Assembly (NCBI GenBank): GCA_039801885.1
Contig: JBDRVN010000050.1
Coordinates: forward strand, 1-11,556
DNA from: a candidate division WOR-3 bacterium
GTDB lineage: Bacteria; Hydrothermota; Tepidihabitantia; Tepidihabitantales; DTDR01
Direction: 5' to 3'
Length of the DNA stretch: 11,556 bases
Below are positions 1 to 7,429 of this stretch, in pieces (within the stretch, counting starts at the first letter, position 1; each line of letters opens with the position of its first letter). The position numbers were made by a program, and so were the translations under genes. The notes under the pieces are model-generated. The model saw only the letters and a program-made list of their open reading frames with translations. It was not told where the DNA came from and did not search any database.

Positions 1-769
1 TAGCTAAAGAGATCATTTCTTCTTTACTTAATTTTCCTTTAAGATAAAGAACAACTTCTTTGTAGCCAATTGTCTTTAATCCAGGTGAGTTTTCATTATA
101 GCCCATCTTTAAAAGATTTTCTACTTCTTCAATTAAACCCTCTTTAATCATCTTTTCAAATCTTTCGTTAATCTTTTTATATAAAATTTCTCTTTCTAAA
201 TTTAAACCAATATAAATGGGTTCATATTTACTCTTTTTCTTTTGGGTAAGAAAATAAGAGAAAGGCTTATTGGTAAGATAATAAACTTCCAAGGCACGGA
301 TAATTCTTTGGGAATCCTTAGGATGAATTCTTTGGGCACTTATTTCGTCTACTCTTTTCAACTCTTCATAAAGACTTGTTAAGGGCTTTCTTTTTAGCTC
401 TTCCCGTAACTTTAAATTTACTGGTGGCGCTTCAAAAAAAGGAGAGAATAATGCTTTAAAATAAAGCCCACTACCACCAACGAGTAAAAATTTCTTATTT
501 TCTTTTAATTTTTCAATAACCTTTTCTGTATCCTTTGCGTAATCATAGGCAGAATAGTATTTATCCGGAGTGATAATATCAATCATATAAAAATCATATT
601 TTTTTCTAATCTCTATTGATGGTTTGGCGGTACCAATATCTAAATATTTATAAATCTGCCGAGAATCGCAAGAGATTATTGAAAAATTATATTTTTCAGC
701 GAATAATAAAGCAATCTCAGTTTTGCCTACGCCGGTTGGACCACAAAGACAAGGAATAAGAGTTTTCAT
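1..769 (-). CDS. miaA: tRNA dimethylallyltransferase (3' end runs off the window)
   Basis: Not in the ORF track; translated by hand from ATG at 769: MKTLIPCLCGPTGVGKTEIA...ISCDSRQIYKYLDIGTAKP, then LVGGSGLYFKAL, IHPKDSQRIIRALEV and TIGYKE near the edge. These are hallmark MiaA/IPPT motifs. The frame is still reading at position 1 (...KEEMISLA). Confidence 0.97.
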   Translation of the reverse strand, partial: MKTLIPCLCGPTGVGKTEIALLFAEKYNFSIISCDSRQIYKYLDIGTAKPSIEIRKKYDFYMIDIITPDKYYSAYDYAKDTEKVIEKLKENKKFLLVGGSGLYFKALFSPFFEAPPVNLKLREELKRKPLTSLYEELKRVDEISAQRIHPKDSQRIIRALEVYYLTNKPFSYFLTQKKKSKYEPIYIGLNLEREILYKKINERFEKMIKEGLIEEVENLLKMGYNENSPGLKTIGYKEVVLYLKGKLSKEEMISLA

Positions 770-776
770 TTAAGAT

Positions 777-812
777 ATTTTATTTGAAAAAATAAAGTTT
801 TTCAATTATAAT
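777..812. promoter_or_regulatory. Overlapping divergent sigma70-type promoters for miaA and the EndoQ gene, both probably leaderless
   Basis: + strand: TTGAAA(784-789)-N17-TATAAT(807-812), 7 nt before ATG 820. - strand: TTGAAA(805-800)-N17-TAAAAT(782-777), 7 nt before ATG 769. No Shine-Dalgarno (SD) sequence before either ATG. Confidence 0.75.
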
Positions 813-819
813 AAACTTT

Positions 820-2052
820 ATGATAATTGCCGATTTACATATCCATTCTTTATATTCCCGCGCAACAAGTAGAGAGATGGAAATAGATAAATTAGTAGAA
901 TATGCCAAATATAAAGGTATAAAATTATTAGGAACCGGTGATTTTACCCATCCCGAATGGCTAAAATTATTAAAAAAAGAATTAAAAGAAAATAGTGAAA
1001 TTGGCTTATGTGAAAAAGAAGGAATTTATTTTATTTTACAAACCGAAGTGAGTAATATCTATCAACAGGATGGAAAATTGAGAAGAATCCATAATCTTAT
1101 TTATACCTCCTCTTTTGAAAAGGTAGAAAAGATTAATAATTTTCTTTCTAAATATGGCGATTTGGCAAGCGACGGTAGACCAATATTAAATTTGGCTTCT
1201 TATGATATGGTAAATTTTTTGAAAGATATTGACCCGGATTGTTTTATTGTTCCCGCCCATATTTGGACACCCCATTTTTCATTATTTGGTAGTGTTGCTG
1301 GTTTTGATTCTATTGAGGAATGTTTTTTAGATTTAACTAGTGAAATCTTTGCCTTAGAAACTGGTCTTTCTTCCGACCCAAAAATGAATTGGCGACTATC
1401 CTCTTTGGATAGATTTAGTTTAATTTCCAATTCCGATGCCCATTCGCCCCAGAAAATTGGTCGCGAGGCTAATGTTTTTGAGTTAAAAAAGATTTCTTAT
1501 TATGAAATTAAAGAAGTTTTAAAAAATAAAGATAAAAAGAGATTTTTGTTTACGATTGAATTTTTCCCGGAAGAAGGAAAGTATCATTATGATGGTCATC
1601 GGAACTGTAATATTCGGTTATCGCCAAAAGAAAGTATTATCAATAATGATTTATGTCCGGTCTGCGGAAAGAAGATAACTGTTGGAGTTTTGCATCGGGT
1701 AGAATTACTTGCTGACCGAGAAGAAGGCTATGTCCCGGAAACCGCTGTTCCTTTTAAAAATCTAATTCCCTTAGATGAAATAATTGCTGAAGCTTTGGAT
1801 GTGGGTAAAGAGAGTATGGCAGTAAAAAATCTTTATTTAGAAATGGTTAAGAAAATCGCTCCCGAATTCGAAATTTTACTAAATGTACCTATAGAAGAGA
1901 TTAAGAAAAATTATCCGAAGATTGGTGAGGGGATTGAAAAAATGCGCAAAGGTGAAATTAAGATTTTACCAGGTTACGATGGTCTTTTTGGTGAGATAAG
2001 AATTTTTGATAAGAAAGAGGAGAAAAAAGAAGGGCAGAAGACATTATTTTAA
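820..2052 (+). CDS. Endonuclease Q family protein (PHP domain plus Zn finger; YqxK/TIGR00375-like)
   Basis: DLHIHSLYSRATS, GTGDFTHP, PAHIWTPHFS, ETGLSSD, SNSDAHS, GREAN, EGKYHYDGHRNC...CPVCG...GVLHRV and PGYDGLFG match the EndoQ family. No fused UvrD helicase. Confidence 0.9.
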   Translation: MIIADLHIHSLYSRATSREMEIDKLVEYAKYKGIKLLGTGDFTHPEWLKLLKKELKENSEIGLCEKEGIYFILQTEVSNIYQQDGKLRRIHNLIYTSSFEKVEKINNFLSKYGDLASDGRPILNLASYDMVNFLKDIDPDCFIVPAHIWTPHFSLFGSVAGFDSIEECFLDLTSEIFALETGLSSDPKMNWRLSSLDRFSLISNSDAHSPQKIGREANVFELKKISYYEIKEVLKNKDKKRFLFTIEFFPEEGKYHYDGHRNCNIRLSPKESIINNDLCPVCGKKITVGVLHRVELLADREEGYVPETAVPFKNLIPLDEIIAEALDVGKESMAVKNLYLEMVKKIAPEFEILLNVPIEEIKKNYPKIGEGIEKMRKGEIKILPGYDGLFGEIRIFDKKEEKKEGQKTLF

Positions 2053-2065
2053 ATTAGGGGGATTT

Positions 2066-3400
2066 ATGAAAGAGCGAAAAAAGGTTATTATAATGGGTGC
2101 TGGTGGCAGAGATTTCCATAATTTTAATATTTATTTCAAAAATAATCCTGATTTTGAAGTTGTTGCCTTTACCCAAACCCAGATTCCGGAAATTGAAGGA
2201 AGGGTTTATCCCAGAGAGTTGGCTGGTGATTTATATCCCAATGGAATTCCCTTATATCCTGAAAAAGAATTTATTAATTTAATTAAAGAAAAAAAAGTTT
2301 CCTTGGTAGTTTTTTCTTACTCCGATGTTGATTATGACCACATTATGAAAAGGGCAGAAATGGCAATGAGCGTTGGAGCTTCCTTTATGCTTCTTGGTCC
2401 AAAAGAGACAATGTTAGAAAGTAAAAAACCGGTAATCGCCATTTGTGCGGTAAGAACTGGTGCCGGAAAAAGTCCTTTAACAAGAAAGATTTGTGAGATA
2501 TTAAGAAAGAAAAATATTAATTTTTGTGTTGTCCGCCACCCAATGGCTTACGGTGATTTTAAAAGGCAGGCAGTTCAGAAATTTCAGAAAATGGCAGATT
2601 TAGATTTTTACCAAGCAACCATTGAAGAGAGGGAAGAATATGAACCCCATATTAAAATGGAGAATACTGTTTTTGCCGGCGTTGATTACGAAGAAATTTT
2701 GAGAAAGGCAGAAGAGGAATTTTCTTTAATTATCTGGGATGGTGGTAATAATGATTTTCCATTTTTTAAACCAAACCTTCTTTTTGTTGTTTGTGATCCG
2801 TTGCGAGCCGGCGACGAAATTAGTTATCATCCGGGTTTTGCTTTATTCCAAATGGCTGATATCCTTTGTATCTCAAAAGTTTCCAGTGCAAAAAAAGAAA
2901 AAATAAAAATATTGAAAAATAATATTAAAAAGTATAATAAAGATGCCGAAATAATATTGGCAGATTTGGTTCCTAAATTAAAAGAGGAAGATATAAAAAT
3001 AAAAAGAGGCAAAAAAGCAGTGGTTGTTGAAGATGGTCCGACAACTACTCATGGTGGTATGGCTTATGGTATTGGTTATCTTTATGCCCAAAAATTAGGG
3101 TTAAAGATAGTTGAGCCCCAAAAATATGCCTATGGAATTTATAAGAAAATTTATAAAGGATATCCCCATTTAAAATATGTAATTCCGGCAATTGGCTATC
3201 GGGAAAATCAGATTTACGACCTTAAAAAGACCTTAGAAAGGGCAGAAGTTGATTATATTATCTCCGCGACACCAATTGATTTAAATCGAGTAATTAAAAT
3301 TGATAAACCAATTATCCATATTGAATATTATTTCCAAGAGAAAACTAAAAAGTTAGAAAAAATATTAGACTCTTTTCTTAAAAGCAGTAATCTCTCTTAA
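2066..3400 (+). CDS. COG2403 P-loop protein, arginine synthetase (ArcE) / cyclic 2,3-diphosphoglycerate synthetase-like
   Basis: MGAGGRDFHNFN, QIPEIEGRVYPRELAG, P-loop AVRTGAGKS, RHPM, TIEEREEYEP, WDGGNND, EDGPTTTHGGM. Start moved from 2006 to ATG 2066, which has SD AGGGGG upstream and avoids overlap with the EndoQ gene. Confidence 0.85.
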   Translation: MKERKKVIIMGAGGRDFHNFNIYFKNNPDFEVVAFTQTQIPEIEGRVYPRELAGDLYPNGIPLYPEKEFINLIKEKKVSLVVFSYSDVDYDHIMKRAEMAMSVGASFMLLGPKETMLESKKPVIAICAVRTGAGKSPLTRKICEILRKKNINFCVVRHPMAYGDFKRQAVQKFQKMADLDFYQATIEEREEYEPHIKMENTVFAGVDYEEILRKAEEEFSLIIWDGGNNDFPFFKPNLLFVVCDPLRAGDEISYHPGFALFQMADILCISKVSSAKKEKIKILKNNIKKYNKDAEIILADLVPKLKEEDIKIKRGKKAVVVEDGPTTTHGGMAYGIGYLYAQKLGLKIVEPQKYAYGIYKKIYKGYPHLKYVIPAIGYRENQIYDLKKTLERAEVDYIISATPIDLNRVIKIDKPIIHIEYYFQEKTKKLEKILDSFLKSSNLS

Positions 3401-4528
3401 TCTTTTTACAACTTTTATTACTACTTCTATTGTGTAATCTATTTCTTCTTTGGTATTTTCTCTTCCCAAAGAAAATCTTACCGGCGAGTTGATATATTCT
3501 ATTGGAACATTCATTGCCTTTAATACATGGGAAGGTTCCGGCTCACCCGAAGCACAGGCACTGCCACTGGCAACAGCAATTCCTTCTAAATCTAAATTAA
3601 CTAATAAGGCTTCACCTTCCACATAGCCAAAGGAAATATTTGTTGTGTTACATAATCTCTTTTCTAAATGACCATTAATTTTTATATCTTCAATATTCTC
3701 TAAAATTTTTTTCTCTAAATAATCTCTTAACTCTCTTATTCTTTTGACATCTTTTTCCATATCGCGCATTAAAATTTCGCAAGCCTTTCCCATACCAACA
3801 ATACCAATTAAATTTTCTGTTCCTGCCCTCTTACTTTGTTCGTGATGACCACCGTGGATTAGATTTTCAATTTTAACTCCTTCTCGGATATATAATATAC
3901 CAATACCTTTTGGTGCGTGAATCTTGTGGCCGGAAATAGTTAGTAAATCTACTCCCAATTTTCTAACATCTAATTTTATCTTACCGGCGGAAGCAACCGC
4001 ATCAGTATGAAAAAGAATATCATAATTTTTTAAAATCTGAGAAATCTCTTCAATCGGTTGAATAGTGCCCACTTCATTATTGCTGTGCATAATCGAGACT
4101 AAAATCGTATTCTTTTTTATTGATTTTTTTAGATAATCAATATCAACCATACCATACTCATCAACCGGCAAAAAGGTAATCTCAAAACCGAAGTCTTTTA
4201 AGGCTAAACAAGAGTTTAAAACCGAACTATGTTCAATAGAAGAAGTAATAATATGATTTCCTTTATTCCGGTTGGCAAAGGCGATTCCTTTGATTGCCCA
4301 GTTACAAGACTCCGTGCCACCCGAAGTGAAAAATATTCTTTCCGGCTTAGTATTTAAAAATTCGGCTATTTTTTTTCGGGCACTTTCAATTGCTTCTCTT
4401 GTTTCCCGCCCAAAGAAATGAAGATTAGAAGGATTACCAAATTTATCTTCTAAAAAGGGCATTATTGCCTCTTTCACCTCTTTGTCAATGGGAGAACTAG
4501 AATTATAATCTAAATAAACTCTTCTCAT
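3365..4528 (-). CDS. iscS: Cysteine desulfurase, IscS/NifS group I
   Basis: YLDYNSSSP, FGNPSN, FTSGGTE, IEHSSV, NNEVGT, HTDAV, PLP lysine SGHKIH, RAGTEN, catalytic SGSAC. ATG 4528 has SD GGGAGG. Confidence 0.95.
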   Translation of the reverse strand: MRRVYLDYNSSSPIDKEVKEAIMPFLEDKFGNPSNLHFFGRETREAIESARKKIAEFLNTKPERIFFTSGGTESCNWAIKGIAFANRNKGNHIITSSIEHSSVLNSCLALKDFGFEITFLPVDEYGMVDIDYLKKSIKKNTILVSIMHSNNEVGTIQPIEEISQILKNYDILFHTDAVASAGKIKLDVRKLGVDLLTISGHKIHAPKGIGILYIREGVKIENLIHGGHHEQSKRAGTENLIGIVGMGKACEILMRDMEKDVKRIRELRDYLEKKILENIEDIKINGHLEKRLCNTTNISFGYVEGEALLVNLDLEGIAVASGSACASGEPEPSHVLKAMNVPIEYINSPVRFSLGRENTKEEIDYTIEVVIKVVKRLREITAFKKRV

Positions 4529-4562
4529 CTTTCCTCCCAAATTTAGTTAAATTGTTAATAGA

Positions 4563-4590
4563 AGTATATGAAAAATAGAGTTAATTTCAA
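4563..4590 (-). promoter_or_regulatory. sigma70-type promoter for iscS
   Basis: TTGAAA(4590-4585)-N16-TATACT(4568-4563), starting 3 nt after the lspA stop. Confidence 0.6.
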
Positions 4591-4593
4591 ATA

Positions 4594-5046
4594 TTAAGTT
4601 TCTTTTTTGGTGGTTAGGAGCAAAACCAAAATTCCGAAAATAATAAAAAAATCAGCAAGATTATAGGTAGGCCAACGGAGCTCTTTTATTCCCATATCAA
4701 TAAAATCAGTAACTTTTCCCCTAATTATCCTTTCTGCTACATTGCCAATCGCACCGCCTAAAATTAAACCATAAGCAAACTGATGGATTTTTCTATTCCC
4801 TTTTAATCCAATAATTAAAATAAGAATTATGCCAATAATCGGTAATATATAATGTAATTTTTCAATCTTAAAGGAGATAGAGAAAACTCCGTAAGGATTA
4901 AAGACTAAATGAAATCTTAAATAATTACCAATAATATTTAATCCTTCCGGATAATTAACAAGATAATTTCTTGCCCAAATTTTTGTTAGATAGTCAATTA
5001 AAAAGACAAAGAGAATAGTAAGAAAAAATATTTTTCTATTTTTCAA
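4594..5046 (-). CDS. lspA: Lipoprotein signal peptidase II
   Basis: Four hydrophobic segments; DYLTK, NPYGVFS, GGAIGNVAER, VTDFID and YNLADFFI, with both catalytic Asp present. TTG start overlaps the upstream gene by 11 nt. Confidence 0.93.
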   Translation of the reverse strand: MKNRKIFFLTILFVFLIDYLTKIWARNYLVNYPEGLNIIGNYLRFHLVFNPYGVFSISFKIEKLHYILPIIGIILILIIGLKGNRKIHQFAYGLILGGAIGNVAERIIRGKVTDFIDMGIKELRWPTYNLADFFIIFGILVLLLTTKKET

Positions 5047-5980
5047 GAAATGCCTTTTCTAATCTTTCTAAATCTTCTTTTTCAAAGACCCTTATCCGGT
5101 AATGTTTGGCAAAATGAAGGGCATCAGCAGATAATTTCGGTAAGGCTACTAAGATAATATCAGCCGCATTCACATCATAAGCCTTGGCATAAAGTTTGAT
5201 GACCTCTTCCGCCGGTACCTCTTCTTCGGCAGTGGCAAAACCAACAACTATCCGGTGTTCCAAAGGTCCGCTCTTTTTCGTTGCCAGAATATCAATCTCG
5301 TGTTCCGCACCACTACGACCATTAACCTTTACTCCTTCCTCTACTTCATATCCTTGATTTTTTAAGAAATTTATTATTTGGTCTTTGGGCAAAGTTTTTA
5401 ATTTTAACCCACTTATCTCTTCTTCTTTTATTTGATAAGAAAAGAGGTAAATTTCTTTAAGATTTTCTTTTTCAATCGTGGCGCCACATTTTAGACAACG
5501 CCAAAATTCTTTCGGTTCTTTAAAATATTCTTCGCAATCCTGACATTGATAATAGGCATGGTAAAATTTATAATCCTCATCAATAATCTGTAATTCTTGT
5601 AAACATTTTGGGCATCTTAAATTTTTCCCATCTTGATAGGTTTCCAATTTTCCTAAATAACCACAAATATGTTCAATCGCTTTCATTTTTAAAATATAGG
5701 TAGAATGACATTTGGGACAATAGGTTTCATATTTTAGTTCATCACTATTACAAACCGGACACAAAAATAACTTTCCTTTAAAAATCTTCTTCAAATAACC
5801 TAAACGGGCTAAATCCTCAATAAGATAAACAGTAGTTAAAGGTGGTTTCCCTAAAACCTCTTCTGCCTCCGGATAACGATAAAGATTTTCGCAGGTTGGG
5901 TCAAACTTTGGTTTTAATTCATCTTTTCTTTTTTCTATTAGTTCTTCTAAGAGCTTCCATATCCGCTCATCTTTAAACAT
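5036..5980 (-). CDS. TackOD1-like multi-Zn-ribbon protein fused to a degenerate Mrr-like PD-(D/E)xK domain
   Basis: YRYP...IEDLARLGYL, then CPVC, CPKC, IEHICG, CPKC, EDY, CQDC, CLKC, the pattern of Thaumarchaeal output domain 1. C-terminal GYEVE..VNGRSGAEHEIDILA...EEVIKLYAKAYDV...LSADA..FAKHYRI resembles Mrr_cat. SD GGAGAG. Family assignment by recall, not by HMM search. Confidence 0.75.
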   Translation of the reverse strand: MFKDERIWKLLEELIEKRKDELKPKFDPTCENLYRYPEAEEVLGKPPLTTVYLIEDLARLGYLKKIFKGKLFLCPVCNSDELKYETYCPKCHSTYILKMKAIEHICGYLGKLETYQDGKNLRCPKCLQELQIIDEDYKFYHAYYQCQDCEEYFKEPKEFWRCLKCGATIEKENLKEIYLFSYQIKEEEISGLKLKTLPKDQIINFLKNQGYEVEEGVKVNGRSGAEHEIDILATKKSGPLEHRIVVGFATAEEEVPAEEVIKLYAKAYDVNAADIILVALPKLSADALHFAKHYRIRVFEKEDLERLEKAFLEK

Positions 5981-6004
5981 AAAAAACTCTCCGATAGATA
6001 ATTT

Positions 6005-6032
6005 ATTATAATTTATTTTAAAGAAATGTCAA
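6005..6032 (-). promoter_or_regulatory. Consensus sigma70 promoter for the TackOD1-lspA unit
   Basis: TTGACA(6032-6027)-N16-TATAAT(6010-6005); both hexamers are perfect. Confidence 0.8.
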
Positions 6033-6102
6033 TAAGAAAAAAGAAAAATATCTTTATGAAAACAAAAGATTTAGAGTAAAAGTATTTTTAGGTGTTAGAA
6101 GG

Positions 6103-6519
6103 TTATCTGATTATTAAATTCCAAAGGCCGTTTTCAAAGAATTCTTGGTAGTATTTTTTCTGGTATTCTAAGTTTGTTTTTTTATATTCTTCATTAGAAA
6201 GATTTTTTAAACCCTCTTCACCATATTCCAAAACCATATCCCTTTCGGCTAAGCGAGTAATCAATAAATCCCAAAAAACAATTTCATTATATTCTTCAAT
6301 TATATTAATAATTTCATTATCGGATTTTAAATTTTCGTATTCTTCTTTAATATCTTTATTTTCGATCATCGAAAGAATTTGATTTTTTAAATCTTCAAAC
6401 TTTTTTATCATTCTTTCTTCTTCCCGATTAACATTTGCCACCCAATTACCAAGATAGATGAGTTTTAATAAGGTTTCTAAGTCTTCCTTTTTTAAATTTA
6501 AAGTTATATTATATTCCAT
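6103..6519 (-). CDS. Hypothetical protein (138 aa, predicted helical, acidic)
   Basis: ATG 6519 has SD GGGAGG (6531-6526); the ORF-track start at 6543 lies inside the tRNA. Protein-like motifs LLKLIYLGNWVAN, FWDLLITRLAERD, YYQEFFENGL. No function recognised. Confidence 0.8.
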   Translation of the reverse strand: MEYNITLNLKKEDLETLLKLIYLGNWVANVNREEERMIKKFEDLKNQILSMIENKDIKEEYENLKSDNEIINIIEEYNEIVFWDLLITRLAERDMVLEYGEEGLKNLSNEEYKKTNLEYQKKYYQEFFENGLWNLIIR

Positions 6520-6534
6520 TTTTTTCCTCCCAAT

Positions 6535-6609
6535 TGGCGCCACAGGGATTTGAACCCTGATCTTCAGGTTGAGAACCTGATGTCCTAAACCAGGTTAGAC
6601 GATGGCGCC
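6535..6609 (-). tRNA. tRNA-Glu(CTC), 3' CCA not encoded
   Basis: GGCGCCA TC GTCT AACCTGGTTTA GGAC A TCAGG TTCTCAA CCTGA AGAT CAGGG TTCAAAT CCCTG TGGCGCC A: full cloverleaf, anticodon CTC, U11-A24, U13-G22 and a 4-nt variable loop typical of tRNA-Glu. Followed by ATT, not CCA. Confidence 0.97.
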
Positions 6610-6622
6610 AATAATAAAATTT

Positions 6623-6688
6623 GAGCCGGCAGAGGGAAGATAAAATAAAAATGGGGATGTAGTCCCCGCCCTTTTCCCTTGCCGACTC
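6623..6688 (-). ncRNA. Candidate structured RNA or tRNA-leader hairpin (66 nt, family unknown)
   Basis: GAGUCGGCA AGGGAA AAGGG C GGGGA CUACA UCCCC A UUUUU AUUUUAUC UUCCCU C UGCCGGCUC: nested 9+6+5+5 bp stems with four G-U pairs on the - strand that would be A-C mismatches on the + strand. Confidence 0.55.
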
Positions 6689-6697
6689 TTTATAATT

Positions 6698-6725
6698 AAT
6701 ATAGTCCATTTTTTTAAAAAGTCAA
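6698..6725 (-). promoter_or_regulatory. sigma70-type promoter for the hairpin-tRNA-ORF transcript
   Basis: TTGACT(6725-6720)-N16-TATATT(6703-6698). Predicted +1 near 6691, just before the hairpin. Confidence 0.7.
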
Positions 6726-6733
6726 GAAAAATT

Positions 6734-7429
6734 TTATAACTCCTTTAATTTTTCTTTTGCCAATTTTGCCTCATTACTATTCGGATATTCTTTTATTAAT
6801 TTTTGAAAATATTCCTTTGCCTTATTTTTATTTTTCTTATTTAGATAGATTAAGCCCAGTTTATACAAACTCGCCGGTGCCTTATTTCCCTTCGGATAAT
6901 TATTAATTACTTTCTCTAATTCAATTATTGCTTTTTCATTATTTCCCAAGGCATAATAACATTCACCAATCCAATATTGGGCATTATCCGCCAGTTCACT
7001 ATCCGGATATTTTTGTAAGAAGTTTTCAAAAGAAAATATTGCCTGTTCATATTCGCCTCTAATCATATCCTGGTAAGCCAGTTGGTAAAGTTCTTCGGCT
7101 TTCGTCTCATCATATTCTTTGATTGTCTCCGGCACCGGAGTTTCTTCAAACCTTTTTTTTCTCACTTTGTAAATCTCTTGTTGGGTTTCCTGTAAAAGAT
7201 TTTGTAGTTCTTCCAAACGGTTGTTAATCTTTGATAGTTCTAATAGAATACCGGCTCGCAAGTCTTCCATCGCCTTTTTATTTTCCCTTTCTATCTTTTT
7301 CGTTCTTATATTTAAGGTATCAATCAGTGCCTGACGATGGACAAATTTTTTATAGCCACTGCAGGAAAAAAAGAGAAAAAGAAAAAAGGGGTAGAAAGTT
7401 ATTCTACCCCTGATCTTTACAATTTTCAT
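6734..7429 (-). CDS. cpoB: Tol-Pal associated TPR protein CpoB/YbgF, probable lipoprotein
   Basis: Lipobox-like FFSC, a coiled coil, then TPRs with FLQKYPDSELADNAQYWIGECYY, YPKGNKAPASLYKLG and LIKEYPNSNEAKLA. Directly downstream of pal with a TAATG stop/start overlap. Confidence 0.9.
   Translation of the reverse strand: MKIVKIRGRITFYPFFLFLFFSCSGYKKFVHRQALIDTLNIRTKKIERENKKAMEDLRAGILLELSKINNRLEELQNLLQETQQEIYKVRKKRFEETPVPETIKEYDETKAEELYQLAYQDMIRGEYEQAIFSFENFLQKYPDSELADNAQYWIGECYYALGNNEKAIIELEKVINNYPKGNKAPASLYKLGLIYLNKKNKNKAKEYFQKLIKEYPNSNEAKLAKEKLKEL

Noticed and set aside
2006..2065. 20-aa N-terminal extension of the ArcE-like ORF (TTG 2006)
   Set aside because: Overlaps the EndoQ 3' end; ATG 2066 has an SD and matches the family start.
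4720..4750. LspA GNVAER instead of GNLxDR as a possible inactive enzyme
   Set aside because: Conservative change; the catalytic Asp dyad (VTDF, NLAD) is intact.
5479..5488. TGGCGCCACA matches the tRNA 3' end (6535-6544): possible att duplication
   Set aside because: Only 10 bp, inside an intact CDS (C-G-A-T codons), and no integrase is present.
1..6609. miaA + iscS + tRNA-Glu as a dedicated tRNA-modification system
   Set aside because: MiaA needs A36-A37-A38 and s2U needs U34, so tRNA-Glu(CUC) fits neither; the genes are in separate transcription units.
6509..6709. 66-aa ORF on the - strand, and the GTG 6543 start of the hypothetical gene
   Set aside because: Both run through the tRNA gene; the 66-aa ORF also starts inside the promoter spacer and crosses the hairpin.
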